From NCBI GenBank assembly GCA_001642005.1, contig LWCA01000267.1, positions 1-36,321 of the forward strand: a stretch of DNA of 36,321 nt, written 5' to 3'. Numbering within the stretch: the stretch's first letter is position 1; every line of letters starts with the position of its first letter. Shown here piece after piece: positions 12,612-26,400 of the stretch. Origin of the DNA: Intoshia linei. Lineage: Eukaryota > Animalia > Orthonectida. A program made the position numbers and the translations under genes. Below the pieces are notes generated by a model, which was not told the origin of the DNA, made no database searches, and saw only the letters and a list, made by a program, of their open reading frames with translations.

Positions 12612-14434
12612 TTAATTTCAATGCAATTTTTTCAATTCGTAAAATAGTTTATTAACATAGAAAGTATTTAAGTAAAAGTTGTATTTACAATTCTACTATT
12701 GAATCTACTACAGACCAGAGCAGAGTTGTCAGAAAATTGCTCCACGGAGCAGTTCTATAACAACGACTCCAATTTCATAAATTTTACGAGTATACGTTTA
12801 AATTAGCCACTAAATAAAGGTCACAATTTAAGTTAAATTTTAAATTTAATCATGAAAACATTTATGTTTTGATGAATTTAACTTCAATTTGAAGTTTTAT
12901 ACTAGTTTTTACATTTACATTACTTTATTACTAAATTTTTAGTACTTTTTTTAAATATTTTCATGAGAATTGTTGTAATAGTTCAGTTGGAACTGTTACT
13001 GTAACTTCACTTTATATTTAACTTTTTTCAAGAACGAGTATTTTATCCATGATTTTATAATGTTAGATTCGGACATTAAATCTACAAGATTCCTTCAGAT
13101 CTAATAACCTATCTATCATTACATTACATTATCATACCATTACAAGAATGTTAATATTTTGTTATTTACTGAAATTTATTCTAAAAAGAAGTTTTTCATT
13201 AGATAATTATCAACTCACCATAAAAAATCTCATAAATATCAAGTTTGATAAAAAAAAATTTTAAGATGCAAAATTTCAGATAAATTCAATTTTATTGACC
13301 TGTAAAACATATTATTATGTTTTTTAGGGAGTAAAAATTTAATAGAATAGTAAAATTACTAATAAAAATATCAAATGTTTTAGATATTTAATTATACAAA
13401 TATGTATATCGTTAGAATCAAAAAAATACTTGATTATTTTAATGTTACATTATGTTTCTTTTTACATTATATACAGAGTTGTGCACAATAGCTCGTATTT
13501 CAGTGCACAACAGTTTAAATATATTTATTTTCTTTAGACAATGACACTGTGGCAGTGTAATATATTTTTATGTCAATAATGCAATTGTAAAACATTTCTA
13601 AAAATCATAAGAATGTGATCATCTCTTGTTGTTATGTCATACCGTTTAACTTGAGATAAATAATATAAAATTAACCAAATTTAAATACCCCAAAAAAGTA
13701 ACAAAAAACGTATATAAATATTTATTTATAATAACAATAAAATTATTTTTTCACAGTCATAGCATATATATGCTTATAATATATTGTGGAAATCCAAAAG
13801 CATAAAAGTTTTGGTACAGATAATCTAAATTTTTAATCAAATATCATTGAATCTGTTGTATTTAAACCTTTATTTAGATTTTCCTGATTATAAGATCATT
13901 AAGGATTTACAAAATTGTACCTCCTACTCTGAATAGGGTATTTGGAAACCCCTTAGAAAAAATAACAGTAAAAATATTAAGCCTTTTTTCATTTGAAGGT
14001 TTTCGATTGCAAATTTGCATTTTTCCTAATTGAGACCAAATTTAATTTTTTAAAGTTGGACATCGTGGATATACGTCCCACTAAATCTTAGTGACTAAGA
14101 AATGTTCCCAATTTTAAATAAAAAACTCATAATTAACATTCATATTAAACCCGATATTATATACATTATTATATATCATGTAGATATATATTAAATATAA
14201 TCTAGCTTAAGGGTCTCATGCATTTTTTTATTCATTCATAAATTTTAATTTAGATAGTTATCGTTTTGTTTTAAGGCCTAAAAAAATTGTCATTTATGAT
14301 GTGCGGTAGATGGTAAACAATACAAAGTGGTCACTTTTCGAGCGCTTATTATATTTATCAACTCCAAAATAGGACAATTACAAAGGTAATACTGCATTTT
14401 ATTTTTTTACAGTTAATAATTTAAGTTCTAATAC

Positions 14435-17400
14435 CTTTTATTCATATGAGAAAAGTTGACGGTAATTTGATCAGCATCAAAAGTGTTAATTTTCACAATT
14501 TTGGCAATACTATATTGTGTTTTTTTAGCATTTATCGGAGCTAAAACGTAGTCACCTAGCCTGATATACATAGCGTTAGCCGAAGCAATAAAAAAATACA
14601 AATTGGTGATTATATCGGTTTTGTAATCAGACCATTCTACGAGATAATTCATTTGATACTTCTCTAATTGCTTTGTAATTATTCCTAAATTTATTTATAT
14701 TCACAACAATATCTAAAAGGCGAACTTGGTTTAATATGTTATTATTAGGGCGCGCAAACGTTAATGGCAATTTTTGATATGTTCATAAACATAAAATTAA
14801 AACATGAATAATAATATTATGTACATATGTGTATTAGGAATGTGAATTTTATTACTTTTTTGCGAAAATACAAAAGTGACACACCATACGTGGAAGATGG
14901 GGTTGAATGATACACAATTATCAAAAAATTATATAAAAATGATTAAAAAAAACCATGGGGCAAAGCACTTCAAAATATGAATAATGAGCAAAATTTAATT
15001 TATTTTGTATAGTAAATTTCATAGTAATAATTATTTCCATAACAACTAATTTTCAATTTAAATTTTTTTTATATTTATTTAGTTTTCTCATTGGAATCGG
15101 TTTTTTGTCAATTCAGCGTTCATGATTCGCTAGACGATAATTTTTCGCATCTTTATAGCTATTAGTATAAAAAAATTTATATTTAAAATAATATTTTTAA
15201 GAAATTTGTAATATATTAGTTACTGTGAACTATATATTGTTCAAAATTGTAGAGGCGATACACCACGGTTTTTTTTAACCGTTAAGAGGTAAAATTAGAT
15301 GTAAATTGAATATTTTCAAAAATGTTCATATGGTGGAAGGGTGCACTTTTGATATAAAAATTTGTTCACATCCCTAAAGTGAACATTAATTTTTTAATTA
15401 AAATTTAATTCACATATTTATGACTCTAGAGCAGAAGGTTAGACTGAATTTGCATGGAGATTCAAATGTGAAAAAAATTATTACGCTGGCCGAACAAAAA
15501 AATCTTTACTGAAACCATTATTAAACTAATAGTTTTACAATTGTAATTAATAAAATAAAATAATAAACAATAATAATGGAATAAGTGTATAACTAATGCT
15601 AAAATTTTTGTGCACCACCATAAACCAACGTTTCCGAAATTAAGGTTAACGGAAGAAATTTCATATTAACGAATATACTTAATTCAATTTTGATTGTTAA
15701 TTTTTATTAAAAAGAAGATTAAATAAGTAAATTACAGTATTAAGACAGTATACAAAATAAATATAAAACTACATTTATATTAATATATAATATAAAATAT
15801 TTATTGTCAATTGGTCATTTTTTTATGTTGTTTCTTACAGTGTAATTGACACAAAATAAATAAAAAATTGATTCAATTGCAATCTTATTGTACCTCGGCT
15901 ATCCAATTGATTCCTTTTCTTTGTGAAAATGCCATTATTGCAAAAAATGTTATTTCCACCAATCACATTGTTGAAAATGATATCATTAAAAATTTTGTGG
16001 ATTCGAAGCAGTACAGAGCCCTCTTAGTGGGAGCCTCGACAAATTTATTTTTAAAAATGAATATGATTAATTAATTAAATTATATTATATAATATTTTAA
16101 TAAATTTTATTTATTAATTTTAGTTAATTAATTTAATTATAAATATAGAATTTGAATCTAGACCGTCATATGGTCATTTATATCCCCTCTCCACGGTCGA
16201 ATCCTGTAGTATAATGTATATTAAAATTACCAATATCAAAGCATCTTTTATTTTCTCTCCAGGCAATGGCAGTTTGCCCAATGTTAGAAAAAAGACATTT
16301 TTGAATATACTCTACAACAGGCTGATAATGAGAATCTTTAAGAATAAAAATATTTTTTAATAGCTCTATCCTATTACTCCCATCAAAATATTTAATTTTT
16401 GCCGAAAGATTATTTTTTTCATGAGATAGTGACTTGATGACGCCTGGAGCCAAAAAATTATGAAAGTGGCAATATGGCGCTATAACTGGTATTTTATTCA
16501 AAGTTTTAAATTTAGTCAAATTGTTGTTATGATAATAATTTAATGCACTCATATTGGAATGTATCATGTCATACTCGGAAACGAGGAAAAGTACATTTGA
16601 CTTTGACTTTACAAAATACAATCTTTGATTATCTAAACATTTGACAATGGTTTCAAGATAAAAAAATCCGTCATTTTTATTTCTCACGTAAACGGATTCA
16701 TTCATTTTATACCTGGGCGATTTTTCTTGGTCAGTATGATATATACTTGCATTAGAACACTTTGATAATTGATCTATAGAGTTGAATTTAGATGTGGAAT
16801 ATGTTTCATTTAAGGCGATACTACGTGAATGTGACTCCGTATCTTCAGTGTTTTGATGTTTTAATAATTCGGATTTGTCACAAATACTAGATCCAATAGA
16901 CGAATGTGATGTTTCTAAAGTATCTAATTTGTCTGATATAGATGTTGAATTTTTAAAAGAATGATCATTATGTAATGATTTAATTTTTTTATGTGAAGCT
17001 TTATATTCATCTTTTTTTGAACCTTCCGTGTCAGATTGAACACTACAACAAATGAATGAATCCGAATGGACTGGTTTATCAACTACATAATTATATTTTA
17101 TTTCATTTTCCTTTTCAATCATTCCCAGTTCCATTTCAGATGTTTGCAATAGCCTAGGCGAAACTGCCAGGTACTTTGATCGGATTGAATCATAGCTCTC
17201 CGAATCGATCAACTTGACTGTGTTGCTATCCAAAATTTCTTTTTGTGATTTTTCATTTAGTTTAATTTGAGCACAAAGTAAATTGTTAAAATTTGAAGCA
17301 AATAATTTATTACGATCTGTACATTTGACCATTTTGAAATTTCTAGTGTCAATCTTATCTAAAGATGCTATAAACTTGACAAATGAATTGTATCTCAATT

Positions 17401-20400
17401 TATGAATTTTTATAAGATTATTAATATCAAAATATTCCATTTGGCCATTAAACAATGTTACTTGGTATTTTTTAATTTTGAAACTGGTGTATCTGTCAGC
17501 ATTACCACTGTCATGGTCTATGTTGAGGACTACGCCAGGAACATAACACATAAAATTATTTTCGCCATTCTTAATCAATGCTAAAACGCAATCATCCTTG
17601 TCCGGTCTCGGTCTGGAGGAGGAACCACCAATGTTTATAACACTGTCTATAGGCACTTCTCTCGAAGCCAATAGCTGGTCAAACTTAACCATGTAATGGT
17701 TTGGAGCCAATAATTTCGATATTCTACCACAATAAAAATAACCGTCATAGTAATTACGAGCAATAACTCTTCCACCTTTGGCACTGCCTGTATGCATCAA
17801 CCGTTTGGGTATCTTTGGTTTGTTCATATTAGTATCATTTAAAGGTTTATATTTACTTTGACTAGTTTCATTTATACATTTGTAATACAGTTTTTTCAAA
17901 TTTTTTAAATTTTTCTTACCAAATTTTATTTCGTTCTTGACAATAGTCAATTCACTACGCCATATAGATTTTAATTCGTTTGATTGGTTAATTGATTTAA
18001 ATCTTTTATTATTTTTATCGAGTAAAACTTTAAATGCGTCTGTACGATCACCACAATGCCAGAAATCAAAATTTTGTTTAGATTGATTCGTTAATGTTGA
18101 ATATTCACTTTCATTTTTATCAAGTCTGGAATATATTTTTAGTTTTATAGCTTTAATAATAGATCTATCATATGGATCAATCATAATATTTTGATCCTTC
18201 ATAATCAGACGCAAAAATTTGTTGAAATTAGAATTTTTCCTATTAAAATGAATTGGTAGTTTTGGTTCAATTATATCGTGGTTTTCCATGTAATTACATT
18301 CAGACTTACTCATGTATACATTCCATAAAAAAAAGTTGAAAACTGCTTTCATATCTATTATTGTAGCGTTTATTTCCTTTTCATAACTTTTAATACATAT
18401 ACATTGTGGATTCACTAGAGTTAAATTGGTTTTACTTTCATCAAAAGTTTTATACGCAACAGGTAATATATTTTTATACACCTTGGCACAGACATTTTTG
18501 TTTAAAATTGGAACATATTTTGGCTTGTGATCAATTGATCCATTCACTAGAATTTGTTCAATTGTCATTTTATTAGCTTCTAACCCAAATTTCCGAACCC
18601 ATAACCACATACACAAATATTTCCCATTAATCTCATCAGTCGAAGAAGAAAAATAAACATTTTGAGTACTTTTACTCAATAAACTCTTTTGATTTCTATA
18701 CAATTGCGATTCATTTATATTGTGCAAATCAGGTAGAGAATTATATTTTTTGCGACAATTTAATTGGTTTTGATGTAATTCATTGCCATTTTTTAAATTG
18801 TCATAATTTTTAATATAATTTGATTCGTCTTTTGTATTTTTGACAATGACTTGATTTTGATTTATGCATTCGTTTTTAATTTGATTTATTAAATTTAAAA
18901 AATGCTTTCCTTTCTCAATTTCGTTTTCTAGAATCATATAATCATGCGATTTCCATCGTTCTTTGATTTGGTATAATCCTGGTAAATTAAAATTAAATGA
19001 ATGAAACCTTCCACCACTAATTTTAGACAAATCCAGCAAAAACCTAATTGCCTCTTTGTCATCCATGTTGAATGATATGGTGTGAATCACTGGTTTATAA
19101 TATTTTTTGTTTTGTACAGTAATTTTTTCGGTATGGATACCAGCAGGATAACTATTTTTATAAAAATCTTCAATAAAAGAAATGATATGATGCATGGGTA
19201 TATTTGGACGTCCATCCGTCAACAAATAAATTCCGTGCACCTCTTGATCACATAATGTTCTCTTGAGTGTATCCATAATATTTGTTGTTCCATAACATTC
19301 AATATTATTTATCCAATCTAAAGCCGATTCAAGACTGGTATCATCAACAGTTATCATATGTTTTGACCACAAACACATGTTACTACCAAAAATTATTAAA
19401 TTAAATTTTTCGACGTGCACAATTTGTTCCATCATCAATTGTCTCAATTTCTTTTTGACAAATTTAATCTTATTGGTCATTGACGTTGAAACATCAATAA
19501 GTATGTAAACATTCGATTCGGTTATGGTACCAAATAACTCTCTACTACCATGTTGCAACCATCGCATACGTTGATTTATTGATTTAAATAAAGCCTCCAA
19601 TTTACGGTCATATTCTTTATATATTTCTTCAGTCACATTAACGTGTACGATGGAACCATCCATCCACTCAATGTGTGGAAATTTTCCATTACAATATAAT
19701 GCATTTATAAATACCACCTTATCAAAGTCATCGTTTGTTTTGTAAACTGTATCATATCTTTTAATTGGAGTATATTTGTGTCGATTTCTGAAATCTAATA
19801 TCCCATCGCAATGTCTAAATGATATTGGCTTAAGTACATTGTAGATCCCCAAACTTCTCGCTTTTATTCCGTTTAATTCAATCCATCTCTCAGAGCTTAT
19901 GTTTTCCATGTCAATTTCTCTTTCGATAGTTTCATTTTTTTTTGTGGTTGTATCATTCATTGTGCCTTTTTGCATATAGTCTTCAATGAATTTTAACGTG
20001 TCGTATATTCGATTGGATTTTTCCAATTCTTCGTACAAAATTTTTACTTCATCGTTCAAATAATTATCTGGTGTTCCCTTTATGCGTTGCTTTTCATGGT
20101 TCAAGCCTTCTTGGTCTATTGGTGCATCTTTTCTTAATAAATTTGACACGGTTTCATCTATTGATTTTTTATGTTCATGTATTATCTCATTCTTTGATTC
20201 TGTGTAATTGTTTATTCGAAATTGTGTCCCATAGAAATGAAGTCTAGATTATATAAATTAGTTATATTCTCAGAATATTATTCTGGTTATCCTTACTTAT
20301 ATAAAATGCTTTGTTTGTCTGTGTGTGTTATCGTTTATTTCAATAACTACGAATCTTAGAATTTTATAAAGTCAATAAAAAACATTAATAATATAATAAA

Positions 20401-23400
20401 ATACCAAATTTAGTCTAGCGCTACCAAAACTTAAAAAATGTTATACCGATCCTGATAGATACAGCGCCCCTAGGTGGGTGCTACCTCCTACGTTAATCAC
20501 TGGCATATATCAATCAAAAACTTTTAATTATAATAATAATATAATAAATATATTTTTTAATTTTTTCATAGATATAATTTTTATACCTTCCATTGCATAT
20601 TTTGGTAAATTTTTTCAATTTTTCATGTATTTTTGAATTCAGCATATTGAATGCGACAACATCAACTTTTAAATTAATTAAATTTGCCTAAAATCAAATA
20701 TTTACATATATTAAACATTCTTACTTATATAATATTCAGTCTAAGTCCTATTTAACGGAATTCATAATTATTTTGAATTCCTATAAAACGGAAAATATTC
20801 CTATTTAACAGAATTTCAAAATTTTGACGAATCAAAAATTCCGTTAAGAAAAATTTATTATATCAAGAATCATACAAATCTATAAAGATTCTAACATATC
20901 CAACATACTAACATATTTAAATTTAATTGAAAAAATAAAAATAATGACATCAAGGATCAAAAATATGAAATAATTAACGGTCCGAAAATTTAAAAATAGG
21001 ATTATTCTGATAAAGCTTATTCCAATTGATATAAATACAAAATTTCAACCCCAGAAATCTACGCATTCCCGATGAAAAATAATTTTTAATATATTATCAA
21101 TCAATATTTTTCAAATATTTCGATTAAAATAAAAATGAAAATGCAAATTGATCCTACAATTTTAAAAATAAAGTGCAATTTGTAGTCTACATATTTCCCA
21201 TGAAGACATATGGGTGAAAATCTATATAATTCATTTATTTGTAATTTTTTTCATTGATACGCAATTTTTAAATTTCAAATTTTCATTTTCCAAACATTTT
21301 TTATAATCTTCAAATTTAACACTACAGCAACTAATTTATAAAATTAAATTTATATTAACTGAAACTTTATTTTTTTTATTGATAATTGTTACAAATTTAA
21401 CATAAAATGGTAAAAAGAAAAGTAACATTCACAAGAAAAAAGGCCAAAAGTATAGAAAAATTTTTAACATCATTTATTTTTATATTATAATCCTTTGCAA
21501 TAATGGTAAAATTCGACTTAAATGTTTATAAAGTGAAGATTTAATTAATTAATTATTGATACACAATTGGTATTTTTTAAGTATTTATTAAATTGATACT
21601 GAATATATGTCATCACTAGGGCGGTTTTTTTAACCTATAAAATAGAAAAATTGTAACTTTATTAACCTATAAAAATTTTCTAATTACAAAAATATAAACT
21701 TCAAATTGGCAAATGTAAATTTCTATTTTGCAATATATTTTTTTTCAAATTGATATCTTTTTAGATCGACTTTTAGGAAATTTTGGCATTCTAATAATAA
21801 TACTATATCAATCTATGTCATATAAATAATATAAAATTAAAATGACTTTGTGATTTAACTTAAATCGCAATGAATGTCAATAATTTTTGATATAACGAAA
21901 TTTATATTTTAAAAAAATGTACTTTAAAATCACTTATTTCACTATGTAAATTTATTAACTTTTAAAATAAAAATGTAACTTTTGTAACTTTATCAAATTT
22001 TAATTAGCTAATTAATATACATAATATTAATATCATCATGCTTGTAATTTCATGCAGATAAACATAACAAAAATTAACTTTATTAACTTTTGGCCGCCCT
22101 AGTCATCACATTGAAAATGACAAAATAGGTTTTTATAATTTTATTTTTTCTGGAATTTATGCTATTTTGAACAATTTTTAGGATTGGATTATTTTTACTT
22201 TATTTTTAATATTATACACACATTCTGTCTAATAAATTTAAAAAATGGGATAACAATTGTTTTTAAATTCTTTACGCAAATGTTAACAAAACAAAGGATT
22301 GATAAATAGTTAATAGTAGAATTTTTAAGTTAGATTTTCAACGTGAATTTATTTTTTTGGTATAATAAAAGAGTGCCCGCGGCAGAACTAGGTGCTTTTT
22401 GTACGTAGTACAAAACTGCCAAGCTTGTTTATTGTATAGTCAGCTTTAATTTTGTATTGTAAGTTACAGTTTGAGTAAAATTTAACAAAATGAAAAATAT
22501 AACTAAGCTGGGCGCACTTAAAAAAATTTCGTTTTGATATATAAAATACGGGAAAAAATTATATGAAGCACATTATTTGTTTAAATAAATAATAATTTTT
22601 TAACCTACTTTGCTTGATATTATGTTGATTGAATTCTCGATGCTTTTTCCATCCGTTATCCACAATATCGAATTGCATGACTAATATATTTTTAGATAAA
22701 TTCGTAAACACGTACATTATGATTTATTATGGGATAAAAAGTAAGTATGTAAGTAAATATCATTATTAAAAGTCCACATATTACATTTTTAATACAATGT
22801 TTACATTTTTTATTCAATTTAAAATTATATAAAAAAATAAAACACAGATTCCACGTAAAAAACGACCATTTTGTATATCTTATTCAGAATTCACTAGTGT
22901 GGCACACGTATCAAAATATCAAGAACAATTAGTTAAACATGTTATGTTTGAATTGAAGATGTTAAAGTTAGAGCTTTAATATTAACAAAATATTAATTAC
23001 TGAATGTTGGATAACAATAAATGATATGTGTTGTCATAGATCATTACACCTCCGTCGTTAACATAATAGATAATATGGGAATTATTTTGGTTTAAAGTGA
23101 TTCCTGATTGGGCGTTTCTTGTATAAATATTTATTTTTGTTTCGAATGGTTAAAGTTAGAATTTGGTCGTATTTTTGTAGTAAAGGTAGGAATCGTATGC
23201 TCTAGTGCTCTAGTGTTCACACTACACGATAATATGAAAATTGATAAAATTAGGTACCCTCATGTTCATATTGAACATGCTTATCTGTATAAAATTTTAA
23301 TGTGTTGTTTAATAATTTGGAAATAAAGTATTTCATTGTAACATACCGTTTTTTCTGTAATAGTTATGAGACTTTCTATGGTTGAAGTTTTTGTGGTACA

Positions 23401-26400
23401 AAATTCTTTCTTATTAAATTGATTATTTAAAAATTCTATACATGAGTTTATATTCCCATCATTTGGTTCAATTAATACATGATTTGATGTAAGGGTTTTA
23501 AGATCACCATCAAATCTACATTACATGTATATGAAAACAATTATATTTTGAATACAAACATTGCATTGTATATTGGGCCATTATTTTTGGACCAAATTTG
23601 TCTTTCATAATAAATCAAATTCTCATTAAATGATCGTCACATATGGAATCCTTATTTATACTTTTACAGTAAGATTTCTCACCTTTCGTTATAAAAAATA
23701 TCCTTAGAGTTTAAAATGAATATATTTCGAAATACATTCAGATCTGCCGATATTGAACAGCAGTATAGTCGGACCTCGGATTGGGGCACCATTTTTTAAA
23801 AACTCCCCCATAATCAGGGGTTTTAGTAAGTTATCTAATTGTTCATTGAATATTTAAACTATTGCAATACATTATTATATTATATTTGTTTCTATTAGAG
23901 TCCAACACTGTTGAGGGTGATGTTTTCAGGTAAATACCTTATAATCAAAATTTAATAAAAATATCAAATCAAAGTTATTAGGGCAAGTATAAGTCAAAAA
24001 AGTCAAAATATCACAGATTAATTAAAAACGTAATTAGTATTTTATAAAGTCATAAAAGTTCAAAAAGTCATAATATTTATCATAAAGTTCAAAAAATTAG
24101 ATTTATTTCAAAATAATGATTATAATACTACGTAACTTGATTTTAAATTGTCACTCATTCAACGTTTTCTCTTTAATTCAAAGTTTAAATCATTTTATAT
24201 AATATTTATTAATTTTATATATATAATATATAATAATAATATATATATATATAAATATATTAATTTTATATATATAAGCAAGTTAATCTAATTAAAGTAA
24301 TATATTCCTGTTAGTGTAATAAATTAATTTTAGTGCCCAAAATTGCTAAATCGAAATCTACAAAAATTTTCAATATTAAGCGAAGGTATCCCGATGAATT
24401 TACTACTGTTGACGGTAATCTACATTGTATTCCGTGTGACATGCCTGTAAACTATGAAAAAAATTATTTCGTCGAAAGTCATAGAAAATGTCGAAAACAA
24501 CGAAAAAATTAATGCGAATCCACAAGTCATTAGTAATTTTATAATAAAAAAGGATTTCTCAAAAACCCTAACTATGGCGTTTTTTTCTGCTGACATCACT
24601 TCGTATAAACTAAACAATAAGCTTATGAAAGTATTATTTAATAGCATTGGTCAACCGCTACCATCCGAAAGTCATTGTCGCAAAATTGTCACCGATATAT
24701 ATAACAAAGAAATTTTAAAACTACGGAACTATATTCTTAATAAACCAATATTTTTTATTATTGATGAATCTGACGTATGTGGAAATAAGACAGTAAACGT
24801 TTTGATTGTTGTTTTGGAATGCCCCGAAAAGAGCTATATGGCTGATTGTCGCATCTTAGACACACCAGTGAATTCACAAACTATTGTCTATATTATAAAT
24901 GATGTATTTTCTTATCTTGGTGTAATGAGGACAAATTTTTTTTGCTGCTAAGCGATTCTGCTTCTTATATAAAATTGGCAGGGTCGATGCTTAAAGTGTT
25001 TTATACAAATTTGTTTTACGTGAGGTACATTGCTCATTTGTTACACAATTGTGCCATAAAAATAAAGTCGTATTTTAGCAATGTAGATGAATTGATATGC
25101 CGAGTTAAATTAGCAACCGTGAAGAATTGAAATAGAAATTCACTATTCGCAGATATTGGTTACCCTCCCATGCCGGTTTCTACTAGGTGGGGTACGTGGC
25201 TGGATGCAGCAAATTATTATTCAAAAAATTTACCAGCAGTCAAAATAATTATTAGCAATTTTAACGGTGACGGTCTCATATGAAATAAGCCAAATCGGCT
25301 ATAAGGAAAGAAATAGTTTCTGATTTAATTAAAATATCAGGATATAAAATAATCAACGAAATTTTAAAAAAATATGAATATTGTTCTTTCTCTATGACTA
25401 AGGCTTGGAAAGCGATGAATCATATTAATTTCGATGAAGATCCCTGTAATATAAAGGTGTACATCAATAAACGCCTGGAAGACAATGATATTAAAATAAT
25501 TTGTCAAATAAAAAATGAAAATATTTCTTAATATATGTATCAATTATTGCAAAATTGTCAATCTACTTCAGCTGCCGTAGAACGAAGTTTTTCGATGCTA
25601 AAAAAATTATAGCTAAAGATAGAAATTTTAAAAACGATAATATAAAAAAATATACAGTATTTAATTATAATTTAGCATCCTATTAAAGTTTTTATTCTAA
25701 TTGTACATTATATAATCGTATTTTTTTGTCCAATTAAACATTTTTTAGGTCCAAAAAGTCAGATTTATAGGTCAGAATTTTAAATTTTATAGGTCAGAAA
25801 AAAACTTGCCCTAGTAATTATATATTTAATTTTTAGAATTATAATTACTTTCTAATCTAGAATAGTAATTAATAATTTATCAGATATAAAAATATAGGCA
25901 TGAATGAATTATGATAAATATATAAGAAAATTTATGTAAAATGTCAAAATAAATATAATTTAATGTCATCCCTAGGAATTATACTTATATATTTTATAAT
26001 TACAACATTTTTGCCTCAAAAGCGGAGTTAATTTCACATATATTGCTATGTCATCGATATAAATACTATAAAATTAACATATTTCTGAAAAAGTGCTCCA
26101 AAACACGAGTATGTCCAAAGCGGGGTCGGACTGTAGTAGTAGTATAGTGAAAATCTTGATTAATTAACATTAAAAATAATTTTGCTAACAAAAAATCCAC
26201 TTTATATGGAAATATAGTGAACAACACGGTAATGAACGTGAACCCCTTTCAAAATAAAATTAATATTCTATTTTTGTGTAATCTGTACTTTATTGTAATT
26301 TTAATCAATTAATATGATTTACACTTTATTTTGAAATTATACAATGAACGATAAAAAGCGTAAAAATTTGTCAATTGTAGAAAAAAAACAAATCTTACTG

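Larger units (their letters stand above)
23766..26133. mobile_element. pogo/Tc1-type non-autonomous element hosting a hAT insertion
   Basis: Ends TAGTCGGACCTCGGATTGG / CCAAAGCGGGGTCGGACTG with TA flanks. A diverged second right end lies at about 27090-27317. Confidence 0.6.

Noticed and set aside
24195-24276. Long AT/TA-rich quasi-palindrome
   Set aside because: Low-complexity microsatellite within the hAT 5' region.
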